From Gracilinanus agilis (lineage: Eukaryota): a stretch of DNA of 64,000 nt. Position 1 is the stretch's first letter, and each line of letters starts with the position of its first letter. The notes beneath the pieces were generated by a model. That model had not been told where the DNA came from, searched no databases, and saw only the letters and a program-made list of their open reading frames with translations. Made by a program: the position numbers and the translations under genes. The DNA lies in NCBI RefSeq assembly GCF_016433145.1, contig NC_058130.1, positions 649,109,001 to 649,173,000 on the forward strand, written 5' to 3'. Shown piece after piece: positions 1 through 13,720 of this stretch.

Positions 1-940
1 TCTTGAACGGGATGTTTATTAGACATCTTAAACTCAATATATCAAAAGCTGTACATATTAACTTTCCTCCTAAACTGTCACATCTACCCTTCAACTTTCC
101 TAATTTTGTTGATGGCACTATCGTCACTCTAGTGTCCCTGACTAACAATCTAGGTATTGTCCTCTATTCCTCATTATTTCTCATCTCCAATATTCAATCT
201 TTGGCCAAGCCTTGTTGATTTTACCTTTGCAACTTCTCTGAAATAGGACCCTTTTTCTCCTCTGATACTGATATTGCCCTTCTGCAAGCTCTAGTCAACT
301 GCTGAATGGACTGTTGCAATAGGTTGCTTCTTTGCCTGTCTATAAGTCTTTCCTCACTTTAGTCCATTCTCCTCTCAGCTGCCAAAGTGATTTTCTAAAG
401 CACTGCCCAAACCATGTCATACCATGCTGAATAAATCCCAGTGGCTCCTTATCACCTCTAAGATCAAATACAAAATCCTCCATTGGGCATTTAAAGCTAT
501 TCATAATCTACCTGCCCCCCACCCTCTGCCCCTGCCTCTAGTCTTCCTTCACTTGACATTCCTTTCTCACCCTGTGACACTGGTCTTTTTGCTGTTCTGT
601 GAATAAGACACTCCATATCTTGGCTCTCAGCCAATTTCTAGCCATTTGCTCTGGCTAGCCCTCATACCTGGAATTCCTTCCTTCCTTTTCTCCACCTCTT
701 GGCTTCCATCACTTCTTTTAGGTCCCAGTTAAAACCTCGACCAGAAACCTTTCTGATTTCCTCTTAATTGTAGTGCTTTTCCTCTGCTTATCATTTCCTA
801 TTAATTCTGTATGTGGCTTGTTTGTACATAGCTCTTTGCTTGTGGTCTCCCCCATTAGACTATAAGTTTCTCATAGGCATATACTATTTTTCCCCCAGTG
901 CTTACTTAGTACAGGACATGACCCGATGTAGTTACTTAGT
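1..940 (+). mobile_element. L2 LINE 3' fragment (old, degenerate)
   Basis: L2-type motifs: ctccttatcacctctaagatcaaatacaaaatcctc (~447-480) and cccattagactataagtttctc (~791-812). Confidence 0.75.
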
Positions 941-2073
941 AGATATAATTGGTCTGACCAAAAGATTCTCCAGTTAGAAAAAATTCCTAAAATTTAGGCA
1001 GAAGTTTAGATCTCTGTCCTAATTTAAATGTAAACAATCCCTGGGATATTTATTTTTTAGGTTATTGGAAATAATATTATAAAGGAAATGATCAGTGTAA
1101 TTATTGTTATCTTTTACTAGAAGGGCACAAGGAGAGAAGATTGGAAAAAGAATAGAACTTTTCTTAGAAGTTTTGTCAGTCCTTGAAAAGATGAATGCAA
1201 CTAGTAACCTCAGCCTGTTATTTTGCCTCTGATATCTTTTGGCATCAAAGACCTTCCTCAATATTTCCCTTCTTTGCTGTATCTCAGTTCTCTCTTTTCA
1301 AAGGAAAATAAGAATATTTCATCTGTTGGCTCTGTACTCCCAATTCTTTTTAACTCTTTCTGGAAGCAAAAAGCTGGATTTGGGAAGATGATCCCTTCTG
1401 CTGCTGGGTGTTGCTGCTGCTGCTAAATTCTTGCAGACCCATCTCTCAGTCTCCATGTCACAGATTATATGTTCTTTAAAGAATTATCTTGAAAGAATCA
1501 CCTTCTAATTCAATGACTGTGTTAAGCATAAATTACTCTCAGAGCTAAGAGGGAATATTTGGCCCGCTGAACTACAAATCCAAGGTTTCCAGTCAGTTCT
1601 CAAAGCTCAGTCACATTGAAAGACCACAGATTTAGCAGTTGGTTTAAGGGTTTTTTGTTTGGGGTTTTGGATTTGTGTGTGTGTATGTTGGTTTCCTTTT
1701 TATTTTGAGTCTTTGATTTTAAGTTTAATGCCAATTAAGAAATAGGCCTAAATAGAACTAATTCTCAAAAACTAGGTCAACTCAAATAAAACTCATACTA
1801 CTATTATTCTATACTATTATAGCTTTCAGGTTATCATGAACAATATCGAGAACTATCATTTTAGATAGATATTTTCTGTATCACTATAATCCTGGCCCAC
1901 ATCCACAGACCTTAGGAAATTCAAATTATGCTGACATTAAAAAGAAACAAAATTTTATTCCAATGTGGTTGAAAACAAACTCATCCGACCTTGTGTGATT
2001 ATAAATAAAATAACTATGATTCATATTTTATATCATTTCAAACTATTATGCATATCAGATTATAAGTATATTC

Positions 2074-2304
2074 TTGTTGTTGTTCAGTAGTTATCTGTCT
2101 TTCTGACTCTTGGTGACCCCATTTGGGGTTTCATGCTACAGTGGTTTGCCATTTTCTTCTCCAGCTCATTGTACAGATGAGGAACCTGAGGTAAACAGAG
2201 TAAAGTGATTCACCCAGGGTCATATAGCTAGTAAGTGCTGAGGTCACCTTTCAGATCAGGAAGTTGAGTTTCCCCGATTCCAGATTCAGAACCACTTAGC
2301 CACC
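2074..2304 (-). mobile_element. Mar1 CORE-SINE
   Basis: Reverse of the (CAA)n tail and RTE-like segment (gtggtttgccattttcttctccagctcatt), CORE (acagatgaggaacctgagg) and tRNA-derived head. Confidence 0.8.
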
Positions 2305-3703
2305 TTTAATATACATACATTATAACATCCTAATTGTATTAAATAATTTTTCACCCTTAGGGAGAGTTAGATGGAATAGTAAATGGAGTATTAGGCATGG
2401 AGTCAAGAAGATTTACTTTATATGTGGTTTCATATTAATTTTGGGCAAAGATTTAACCTCTATTTGCCCCAATCAATAACTATTTAATAAGCCCTTAATA
2501 TGTAAAGCACTGTGCTGAGTATTAGGAATACAAAACAAAAACAATCATTGTCTGCAAGGAAGTTTAATTCTAAGAAGAGAAGATTACACCCAAGAGGAAG
2601 TCAAATCTAATCAAGAAGAGGGCACAGAGAGTGGAGTAGGGAGAGAAGGTTCCTGAAAGAGAGGCACAATGTAGGAGAAGTTCAGAGTAGTGTAGCTGGG
2701 TAGGAAATGAAGAAAAGGCTGAATTTGGTACTCTCCTTCGATGGTGATTCTGGAAGGAGTTCTCCCTCCTCCATTCTGTAGGGTCCCTATCATAGGACTG
2801 TTGATGAGATATGAGTACCAGTACCAAATGTTTATATAAATTCTTCAGTTTTCTCATCTATAAAATATGGATAATAATAGCAACTATCTACCAGGTTTGT
2901 TATGAGGATAAGTGTTTTGCAAAGCTTAAAACACTATGGAAATGCTTATAATGTATTATTATTACTCATTACTATTATGTACTTGGAAGATTTCAAAAAA
3001 GTAGCAAAGAAGAGTGAAAACCATTAGATGTGAAATCAGGTTATTTGGCTTCTAAACCTGACTCTGACCCTTTCTTTATGACCTTGAATCAATCACTTAG
3101 ATTGTTTAAACCTCAATTTTCTCAGTCATGAAATAGATATGATAATAATATGTGTATTATCAACCTTACAGGATTATTGTGATGTGGCAATAACAATAAA
3201 ATTCTATTAAAATCTCATTGTTAATAATTTTAAAATAATAAATAAGAAACTATCTTACCTAAGAAAATGAGCCACATAAATGCACAACATTTTCATTAAT
3301 TGAATTAAATTAAATTAAATCAGGAAAAAATGATGTCTTAGCAAAAATTCAATATAGCCATTATTTTAGTGAAGGGTATGCTGATTTTTTTCTACTAGCA
3401 AATGGCCAATGGTCAAGTTGAATCCAAGAAACTTTTGGTCTGCTATAAAAACAGATTGTCACATGTTTGACAATCACTAAATGTAGAGAAATATCCATGA
3501 TTTCAGCTCTATTTAAAATTGTTAATATGTTAATGCTGCTAATATATTCTTACTTCTCCTATTCACTCTTCTATCAGCTCTTCTTCAATGGATCATAAGA
3601 AAACCCACTTCCCTTTTCCTCTCAATTAACATCAGGTTGCATCTGGAGAATCATTTGATAGTTATTACAACTACATTTATGGCTCCATGGCAGCAAATCT
3701 ATT

Positions 3704-3760
<57 letters not shown>
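3704..3760. repeat. Compound microsatellite (TA)11(TG)n
   Basis: Read directly from the sequence. Confidence 0.97.
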
Positions 3761-3764
<4 letters not shown>

Positions 3765-4029
3765 ATTATAGTACTTGTCAAGAAAATAGTTACTTTTTTA
3801 GGATCATAGAGGATATGAGTGAATAATGACATCCTTCAATTGCATCAGTTTCTAAATATTCTTAAACTTGTGCCATTTCCCTAATGATGACTTTATATTT
3901 GAAGTTAGAGATGGGAAAAATGAAGGAAATACATGGGGAAATAATGTCTCATCCTACATAAGTCTATGGAGGGATCTAAAATTTATAAGAGCCTATGTCT
4001 TTTTCCTTCTGGGCAAGTAGATGAAAGTT

Positions 4030-4260
4030 GCAAAGGGACAGTTTTAAATTTCACCTAAAGAATAACTTGCCAACACTTAAAAGTATTCAAAAGTGGACAG
4101 GGCTGCCCCAGAAGGTCATAGATTTCACCTCACTGGAGGTCTTAATGTGTGAAGGTTGCATGACCATTTTCTGAAGATGTTCTTGAATGAATCTTGGATT
4201 GGGCACTCTTTGGACAAGATGGGCTCTGAATTTCTTCCACCTCTGAAACTATTATTCCTT
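4030..4260 (+). mobile_element. L3/CR1 3' end fragment
   Basis: aaagtggacagggctgccccagaaggtcatagatttcacctcactggaggtctt ... ttggacaagatgggctctgaattttcttccacctctgaa resembles the CR1/L3 3' terminus. Confidence 0.7.
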
Positions 4261-6759
4261 TGGACAATATAATAATTGGAATCGAAGACAAACCTCAGGT
4301 TCAAACCTCAACTCTAACTTCCTGACTTACTCTTTCATTGAAAGACTAAAATTAACTCCTAATTGATGGAAAGCCTTTGTGGCCTGATTACTTTTCCTTA
4401 GCAAGCACAAATAGCATTGTACTTATAAATATAACCCCTGGGAGCTGGTCAATAGATGTGCTGAACAACAGATATGTGAGATTATAAGTAATTCCCTACT
4501 CCTTGTTTGTGGACAATCAAGGACTCGGTTGTGTAATTTCAATAAGGTGAGGACTCAGATATTTTCTTAGCACATAAGAGGTTGGTAGATTTTTGTGGGA
4601 ACGAAAAGAAATTGATACTGGAGCTTGCAGAAAAGCATCTCAGAAGGGCAAGTTTAGAATTTCCCAATGATATCCCAAGGTTGCTAATAAAGAAATGAGT
4701 GAGTAAATGCTGAAAAAATTTAAGCCAAAGCATTAGCTCAGAAATTTTGGGAAAGAAAGACAATCTAATGAGGCCAGAAACCCATTTTCAACCTGACAAG
4801 TGATGCATTTTATTTGTCAGGATGTAAATCAGCAGGATAGCTCAGCATGAAAGGACTGTACAACCTCATACATAAAATACTTCTCCTCTTTCTTCCAAAG
4901 AGGTGACACACTCCACATGGGGGCTGTTGTGCTAGCTACCAGTCAAGACCAAACTGTTCTAAAAGGTGATGAAGTACCAAATGCATAGATACCACCCCCT
5001 GAAATTCCTGTGGGAGGAAGCAATGCTTAATTTAGATAATCCTCTTTGCCAACTTTATTAACTGATCCAGTCCAGACCTGGCAGATTAAAGGAAAGCTGT
5101 GCTTAATTTCAGAGAGTTTTTTTTTAAAGAAATGTTGTTTTATCACATTCGAGGGATTAAGATTAGTTGAAGAGGTTGGGATAGGAAATTATCAAGAAAC
5201 TATTTTCAAAAAAGTCTAAACATTCTACTCATTGACTTTGGTTTCCAATCCATTTTGCTGGGGGAAAAGTTCATGATTATTCTTCTAGGTTATGTTTGGC
5301 ACCTATCTCTTTAAATCCACTGTAATTTGGGGAAATGATGATAATGATATTGGAAAAGCATGCTGTGTATTACAAACAAGTCAGTTTTGACTATCTTGAC
5401 TAGGACGTTGTTTTTCCAAGTATGATGCATGGAAGAAATATACCTCAGAATGAGTTCTGCCAAAGCACTATTACACACATATGGACACAAGCAGACAGAA
5501 GGATCGATAGGTACAACAGATAGACATAACAAAGCGATTAGGTGCATCAGATTGTTGTGAAGTGCTGCCAAAAAATCACCCAGATATAATGGGGAGTTTG
5601 AGAGTCAAAGGTAATAGAGAAAGAGAAAGGTCAATATGCAGGCATGTGGCTGAGAGGATTTGTGCTTTATATAAATGCATGTTTAATGCTTAAAATCCAC
5701 ACTAAGACATCTGGGACATCCTATATCCCGCCATAGTTGTATTTTTAAAATCACCTCAAAGATTCAGGAAAAATTTTGAAATAGATGACCGACTGGAAAG
5801 GGTTTTTATACAATTTATTTCAACTTGTGGGAAAAAAACCCTCTTATTAGCAGCTGATAAAGTGTGTTAGATTTGATATATGATCCTCTAAGTTTGGCCT
5901 TGAAGAGAGAATTACTGAGGTACAAGTCTGTTTTTAGTGAAACCTTTATTCACCATTTGGGTATGGCTAGAACTGAGCTCATTCTGATGCCAGGTGAAAG
6001 ACATTGCATATATCATATGGTGCAAAAGTGATTATATGCTTCAGGGACTCACTCTTTAATATATAATAAAACATTTAAAAAGTTAGAATTCATATATATT
6101 TATCTATTTCATTGATTAATAACAGTAATGATAGGCAGATTATCCATCTAATGTTATACACATCATTTTACCATTGACTCACAATCTGATTAGTGTAATT
6201 TTATCATTGAAGAAATAAAACTCAGAGTGGGTAACATTGATTAGTGGGTAAATGACAGAAGTGGGATTGGAACCCATCACAGAGAGAGCATCTATGTTAC
6301 CCATCATTCTGATGGTATCCAGCAGTGAAAAGTATAAGTAAAATAAACTATTAAAAACTAAAGCCAGAAGATATTTAAATATAACTATATAAGAAGGTAT
6401 TTAAATGTATATTATACACATAAATGCATATATTTAAATCACCATTTGATTTTAAAGAGGAAGTAATGCTGCATGCAAGAAGGATGACATTTTGACTTCT
6501 CAAGTGTCCAGTAGAGACATAATAATAATATTGAGAATAAAGACAATTATAGTTGGAATATATGACAAAATAAGTTTATTAGTTGTTTTATACACATTAA
6601 TCCTCATTAGTCTTGAAAATTCCAAGAGACAGATGCTATTATTTCCTCCATTTTACAGGTAAAGAAAATGAGGCTCAAACCTGTCAGTGCAATTGTCAAA
6701 GATCACAGAGTTAGTGAGTGCGGATAAGATTCAAACTCATGCCTTAATGTCTCAGAAGT

Positions 6760-7020
6760 AGCTAGGTGGTGCAGTGTTTAGATTGGCAAGCCTGGAGTCA
6801 GGAAGACCTGATTTCAAATCTATGCTTGGACATTTAATTTTTTTTTACTGTGTGGATGTGTCACTTAATTTGTTTGCCTCAGTTTCTCCATTTGTAAAAT
6901 GGAGATGATAATAGAATCTACCATGAAAGGTTGTTGTGAGGGTCAAATAAGATGGTATTTGTAAAGTGAATAGTGCCTGGCACATAGTAGATACTAAAGA
7001 AATATTAGCTGCTATTTTTT
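6760..7020 (+). mobile_element. MIR (Ther-1) SINE, near full length
   Basis: tRNA head agctaggtggtgcagtg, CORE gcctcagtttctccatttgtaaaatggagatgataata, and L2-like tail gtgcctggcacatagtag. An inverted MIR lies immediately upstream (~6560-6750). Confidence 0.8.
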
Positions 7021-7196
7021 AAATTGTTATTGTTATCTCCCAGCCCAGTACTCATTCCTTGTACTGTGCTGTACTACCTCTCAAAAATGCCTAGGTTGGA
7101 AGAATTTCAAAAAAGAGATCAATATTTTGCCATAAAGCTAGATATTAGTCAAGGATAATATACCTGATGATCTACTTGTTGAGAGAAGAATTGCAT

Positions 7197-7420
7197 CAGA
7201 AGTGTCAAATATGTGGCTTACAGACCACATCTGGACCCCAACACTCCTGAGTACAGCCTGAAGCAGATGAAAATGTCACTGGGAAATATTTAATACAATA
7301 AATTAAAATATTATAAAATATAGATGATATTAACATGTGGTTTTCTAAGTCAATACATAGTCCATAGGGATCTTAGAGTATGGTTTATTGGTCCCAGTTT
7401 CTTTTTAAATTTGGCACTAG
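7197..7420. mobile_element. Non-autonomous hAT (Charlie-like) MITE, marsupial type
   Basis: Starts cagaagtgtcaaat and ends aaatttggcactag (degenerate CAG..GTGTCAAA-type inverted ends) around an AT-rich core. TSD not resolved. Confidence 0.6.
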
Positions 7421-9800
7421 ACATTTATTCCATCCCTAACACAAGAGAAAAAGATGAAGGAAGTTAAACCTGCCTTCCTTGTTCATTCAGACAACACTCA
7501 CATATATTCTGAAGTATAACTTTCAATGAGATCTCCAATTCTAGATCCTAACACTCAATGTGGCATTAGGGAACTTCCTCCAAGAGGCTTTTCTTAATTT
7601 CATCTTTGATTCTTTCCCTCCTAAGATTGTCTTTATTTACTCCTTTATGTTCTGATTCACTATAGAAAATAGAGCTGTCCAGTCCCAAACCTCTGATTTT
7701 AAAATTGGGGAAACTGAGTTCCAGGGAGGTTAAGTGACTTTTCTAAAGTCATACAATAAGCACAAGAGGTGCAATTTGATCTCAAGTGTTCTGATCGAAG
7801 AATTAATGCAATTTTACTGCATGATACTTCCCCTAGTCCTACCCCATTAAAATGCAAGCTCTCTGAAGATAAGTAATGTTTTTCCTTTTTCTTTCTATTT
7901 CCATTGCTTAGCACTATATCTAACAGTAAATGCTTAATAAATAATTGATGACTTGTTGATTGATTTTATATGTGAATCTGGGCTAGTCACTTCACCTTTC
8001 TGGGCCTCAGTTTCTTTATCTATAAAAATGTGTGTAATAATTCAGGCAAAATCTCTCATTTCCAAAATAAAATAGAAAAATTTCCCTTTGGCTTTTAAAG
8101 ACCTTCACGAGTGGTTCTATTCTTCCTTTTCAAGTCTTATTCATCCATACTTCCTTCTGAAGTAAAATTCAGCAACTGTGTTCTACTTACTGCTCTCTGA
8201 ACTGGACACCCCATTTCCTGACTCTGTGCCTATTCACTAACCATCCCCCAAGCATGAAATGATCTTCCTTCTCACCTCTGCTCAGGGTGACCTGACTTCC
8301 TTCATAACCTGAGACATAAACACCACCTTCTGTAATAGGCATTATTTAGTCCCCCAACACATTCACTGCTAATCCCTTAACTCTGAGGTTATTGAGACTA
8401 TGGCTATTTACTATGTATCTATCCATCCTATGGCTTCCTATGCAAGAAACACCATACTATCTTCACCTTAGAAAGGCTTCATTTTTGTATAAACCTATTT
8501 AGTATAAACAACCCTCTTAGGATCTTTTGAGATTGAACAACTGAAAGCCCCACGCATTACATGCCCATCTCTCTATGTAGCTCTAGCATAGAGATACCAG
8601 TTTCTCTAGTATAGGAAACACAAGGGTAGCACACACCGACAAAGAGTGAGAAACATGGCCAATCATCCAAATGCTATGAAGCCCATATTTTCTCACTCCA
8701 TTTTTCTGCAGTACAATTGAGCAGTTCTGTTCTGCTCACTGCTCCATCTCCTGACTTTGTGTTTGAGTTATTCACTGACTGTTATTCACTAACAATTCTC
8801 CATGCATTAAATGCTCTTTCTCCATCTTAAATAACTAGACATTTAACCTCCCCCAACAAAAAAAGCCACCTATATCACATTTCTACCATTGAAAATGTCA
8901 GAGTCGGAGCCACACTTGGGCAAAGTAAGCCACAATTGTACCATGATACTGTGATGGCATCTATGATAGCTAATGAACTTATGGGACTACAACAATATGC
9001 TATTTTTTTATCAACGGCTACTATTAAATAAAATTTCAAAAGAACTGATATAAAAATGAAAAGCTACCTTTTGGGGGTAACATTACATGCCAACAAAATA
9101 AAATTCTAATGTAGATGGAAAATGAACCTTGCTATTTGCATCTTACTAAGACAATATTTTCTAATCCAGCACTTCTGTAGTGTTATCCTAGTTTATAGGT
9201 AGAACAATGATTAAAATATCAAAAAAGAGTTCAATATAGGCTTCCTTAATTTTTTTTCTTTCCAATTACTGCATCTGGAGTTTATCAATGATATTGTAAA
9301 TGATGTGAATGCAGTATCCCAATGGCTAAGACTTCAAATAATTTACAAGGTGAATAGCCAAAAATTCCTTATACTCAACACATTTTTCATACTCAACATT
9401 TACCAAAGAGGCAATAAGATATATCAGTACTACACAATTCTGGTGCAAAATGCTCTCCTCTGACTTTCAAGACCTTCCTCCTTCTAAAATACATAGCTCC
9501 CTTAGTGTATATGGAACCAGTATAAAGAACAAGCCATAAGCTTAGGTTCTGTTTTAATCCATTGCCTAAAGGCAGATTTTAAAAAGTAGAGAATTAGGTA
9601 TACTGGTTAGGGTTCTTAGTTACATTTAGTACCAGTCTAGCATCAATTGTCCTTTCTGGATTATGATATGACTCAAATAAAACCACAAATAGATCACTGT
9701 GTAAATAATGGAATAGCAGTCATTTAACAGTATTATGATGAGTTCTGAAGAAGTGGAACCCAAAGGAAACAACTTTAGGAGTCTAATAATGTACCCTCAC

Positions 9801-9922
9801 CTGTTTTTCTCGTGAATTTTTAGGATTTCATGTGTTTGTTGAAGCAGTTGTTTCTCTAGCTTGTAAGTTGATAATGAATTCTCCAACAGTTGAATTTCAA
9901 GTCGAGATGTTTGATTTAGAAC
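9801..9922 (-). CDS. ANGPT1: Angiopoietin-1 coding exon 3 (coiled-coil region)
   Basis: Translates to VLNQTSRLEIQLLENSLSTYKLEKQLLQQTHEILKIHEKN plus AG. 122 nt, in frame with exon 2. Acceptor tctcttaAG at 9924-9923; donor GTGAGG at 9800-9795. Contains the NQT sequon. Confidence 0.97.
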
Positions 9923-11567
9923 CTTAAGAGATAAATGAAAACATTTCAAGAATTGAATATTTATAGAGGAACAATACAAATGCCAAAAATAGAATTGGGG
10001 AGAATTATTTTTCTTTTCTGTTCTTGGTAGTGATGCTTGAAGGAGAATTCACAAATGATTTCTTATTGTTGAACATTTAAAAAAACGTTCAACAATAAAT
10101 ATCTCTTTAGCAATGAAATTATTTTGGGATAGAATTTTAATTGAATGAAAAAGGGAGAAAAATAATTATCAAATCCATTTCAGCAATTATGGTGAAGAAA
10201 AATGACTAGAAAGTATTGTTAAGCAAAACACACTTGGAAGGTTGTCAAATACTTGACATATTTTGGATATATGCCAAGTAGTCCCATCAACAGTTATGTA
10301 AACAGATTTTTTAATACTGAATTCTCTTAAGCATCTTCCTTGTTTAAGACACTGAGCTTTTAGTTGGTAATTTTCCTTTGGCAAATGAGAGTGGAGAAAC
10401 TCAAAAACTTCAGGATTTCTTCAATACCATAATTCTCATAATCTCAATTGAGCCTCTTCTGAGACATCAGATATTTCCTATGTATTTGTGGATTCTTTGG
10501 TCAGTATAAAACAGATCAAATGATTGGCAAATCTTGTTTTGGGAGAGTTTGTCTATATTGTAAATGTAGTTGCTACATGAATCATGGGTTCATTTAAATA
10601 AATTATTGAGGGACTTGAGGACACCAACAACCTGGATAACAGAATCACCTAACCTATGCTGAAGGGGACCCAAAGTTAGACAGTTTATTCTTCATATTCT
10701 GCACCAATAAACCTGTATGGTTTATATAATCAACATCAGAGCTCCTAAAGATTAAAGGGACCTGAAAGGTCATCTAGTTCCAAATCCTTATTTTCCAAAA
10801 GGGGAAAATGACGCCTTTAGAGGTTAAATGACATCTCTAAGAGCAGGCAAGTATTAAATTTCAAGATTCAAATCCAGATACCATATTTACATAAGATATG
10901 CCTTTTTCTAGTCAAATCTGGCTGAGTGGCAAGAAATAAATATGTTTTCCCAAAGAAAATTTGCTGATGCTAAATTTTTTGGGAAAAAAATCTGCATCAT
11001 GTGCTATTAACAAACCAAACCAAGATTTTTCCTGAACTTTAATTTGAAAACTGTGAATTTGTAATGACAAAGAAAACAAAATTAAAAGATTTTTCTTGTG
11101 TACTAACTAGCTACTTTATATATGCATATAATCAGTACTAAAGATCCGCTTCAAATATTAGCCTTTTAGCTTGAGGCTTTGGGTTTGGATTTGAAGGACC
11201 TGGATTCCAAGTTAGGCTCTGCTATTTACTACCTAATCTTGAGCTGGATCAATTTCTTATACTTAAAATTAATGGGCTTAAAGTATCTTCTGGTCCAGAA
11301 GCACCATTATATGCTTGCCTTTCCAGGAGTCCAAACCACAAGATAACATTCTCAGACTTGGGAGCATTATATAGGACCTTTTGGGTCAGAAAGATTTTAC
11401 TGGAATATCAGAGTATTGCTTTAATCAAAAGCTGAATATCAAAACCCAAAGGAGATCTAAAAAAAAAAAAAACAAAAAACTATGGGATATTGTTGAGTCA
11501 AGACATCAAACTGAAGGAAAACTGGAACCCACCAGAATGAGAAGAGAATGTGCTGATTATCTGTAAG

Positions 11568-11792
11568 AGGGTTTCATAACCTGGTCTCCACAGATGTCAA
11601 AGAGGTCCATAGATAAATTTCAGGGTGCCTCAGAATTTAAATGGGAACAAAAGTCATATCTTTATTTTCATTAACTTCTAATTGAAATTGACCATTTCCT
11701 TTAAATTTTAATGGAAACAAGAAGCCAGAATAGTAAGGTTTTTACCAGATGGCCAAAGATGTCCAGTGCACAAAAAAAGTTAAGAAATGTTG
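11568..11792. mobile_element. Charlie4-like hAT fragment
   Basis: gggtttcataacctggtctcca ... atctttattttcattaacttctaattgaaatt ... accagatggccaaagatgtccagtgcacaaaaaaagttaagaa matches the recalled Charlie4/4z layout. Confidence 0.6.
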
Positions 11793-11973
11793 ACTTAGAA
11801 GTATATGGGGATTTTGTTTGTTTGCTTTTGTTGATTATGTGTTTCTTCTATTTGTCTTCTATATGTTCATAAATCATATGGATTTAATATCTTTGAAAGT
11901 TGTATCTTTTGGTATCATTCTGGTCATTTTGTTCCAGCAACTAGAATAGGGAATGGCTTATTATGGGTGATTA

Positions 11974-11974
<1 letters not shown>

Positions 11975-12024
<50 letters not shown>
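11975..12024. repeat. (TG)25 microsatellite
   Basis: Read directly from the sequence. Confidence 0.97.
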
Positions 12025-12031
<7 letters not shown>

Positions 12032-12489
12032 TTTGGATGATTGATTTGTACTTTCACTTAGAGCTAACCTATAAGATTTTCATGGAGTATCTCATGGGCA
12101 AGGCAAGGTTTCAGTTTTGTTGTTTTATTGACATTTCTACCCTGGAAAGTATAAAATGGATCTGCCACTAAAAGTTAAAGCATTAACCTGAGCAGTTGGC
12201 AGAATTTTGAAGGCTTATAAAGCTCAGGTAGGCTACATTCTTGCCATTTGTTCCTTTGTCCTGCTGCTTAGCAATGATCTAAGTGTTTCAATTAAACTGA
12301 CAGGACCCATTTCCTTCCTCACACAGTACATACCCCAAGACATATCACTGTTAAAAAAAAGTTGAGAGAATGTGAAATAAGCCCCTAAGGGACACTTTTA
12401 TTACAAGCTTAAATTTTCCAAAACACATAAAAAAGAGCAAAAAGCGGAGAGATGGGAATGAAATTTAGGATTCATGGACCTTTTCTTTT

Positions 12490-13160
12490 AAAGGATTTAC
12501 TTAATTTTTTACATATTGCCTGTTGGTACAATTTTCAATAATTATTTTTTGACATTTTGCAATCCATGTTCTCTCTCTCCCTTTCATCCTCCTCCCTTCC
12601 CTGAAATGGCAGGTGTTGTGTGATATGGATTGTACATGTCTTATTATATACTACATATTTTCATGTGCATCATGCTGTGAGAAAAGATAATTTCATGTTG
12701 TGGGAGAAACATATTGCTTATACTAGAGAAAATTCATGGAGAAAAATAAAGGAAGAATGGTGTCTACATTCAGACTCTGTCAGTTCCTTCTATGGAATTG
12801 CTGATAATAAGTAATTTACAATTGGTCATTCATTGTACTTTATTGTTGTTAGTGTGTACAGCATCCTCTTGGTTCTCACTTTACTTTACATCACTTTGTG
12901 AATCTTTCTAGGTTTGTTTTTTGGTGTTTTTTGTGATGATCTTGTTTGTCATTTCTGATGGAGCATTAGTATTAAATTACACTCATACACTACAACTTGT
13001 TCAGCCATTCTCCAATTGATGAACTTCCCTTCATTGTCTAGTTCTTTGCTACCATAAAAAGAGCTGCTATAAATATTTTTGTGCATATAGGTCATTTCTT
13101 CCAATATTTGATCTCTTTGGAATATACACCTACTAGTGGTATTGCTGGGGGATAGGGTTA
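12490..13160 (-). mobile_element. Marsupial L1 3' fragment (ORF2 C-terminus and 3'UTR)
   Basis: gttcagccattctccaattgatg ... gagctgctataaatatttttgtgcatataggtc ... ctagtggtattgctggg is the reverse of the L1 ORF2 C-terminal coding region. Confidence 0.85.
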
Positions 13161-13194
13161 TGTGTGATTCATGGACTTTTAAATTTCAGTTCTT

Positions 13195-13470
13195 TTAATA
13201 AATGTTTGTTAGATAAAGCAGGCAGCAAGAGTCTGTCAGTGATCCAATAAGCATTCCTCCAACTTTACTATGTGTGAGACACTGGTGATAAAAGGAAAGT
13301 TTAAAAATTATATAATCCTTGGCCTCTAGGAGCTTACATTCAATGGAGGAGGCAACAAACAAATGTACATAGAACATATATACAGTGAAAATGAAATATA
13401 ATCTCTGAGAAAAGGCATTAGCAATAGAGGGTACTGAAATGATATTCTGCAGAAAGCCAAATAATAATAA
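13195..13470 (-). mobile_element. L2 3' end fragment
   Basis: aataagcatt ... cactggtgata ... ggcctctaggagcttacattcaatggagg is the reverse L2 tail. Confidence 0.7.
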
Positions 13471-13479
13471 CTATATATA

Positions 13480-13720
13480 TTGCCTTAAGAATGGCAAAAT
13501 GCATTATAAATATTCTTTCATCTTATACTATCAAGAACCCATGGAGGTAAGTGTTATTATTATTATTCCCATTTTATAGATGAGTAAAGTGAGGCACAGA
13601 AGAGCAATTAAATAATTTATCTAGGATCACATAACAAGTAAGTTTTTACGGTTGGATTTGAACTCAAGTCTTCTTGACTCCTAGTCTAGTGTGCTACTCT
13701 CTGCACCAGCTACCTGCCTA
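13480..13720 (-). mobile_element. MIR SINE
   Basis: attccccattttatagatgagtaaagtgaggcacaga ... ggatttgaactcaagtcttcttgactcc. Confidence 0.8.

Larger units (their letters stand above)
1..9800 (-). other. ANGPT1: ANGPT1 intron 3 (partial; exon 4 not seen)
   Basis: Begins at the exon 3 donor. No LLEHKILEME-type exon 4 sequence found in 1-9800. Confidence 0.85.

Noticed and set aside
1223-1426. ORF ending in poly-Cys (AAGCCCCC), considered as exon 4 or a small protein
   Set aside because: It comes from a short (GCT)n run. Neither strand translates to ANGPT1 exon 4 or any family I recognise.
9797-9800. Read-through of the exon 3 donor gives an immediate stop (AGG TGA); exon 2 read-through stops at 23318
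   Set aside because: In-frame stops just inside introns are common. Nothing in the sequence supports intron-retained truncated isoforms.
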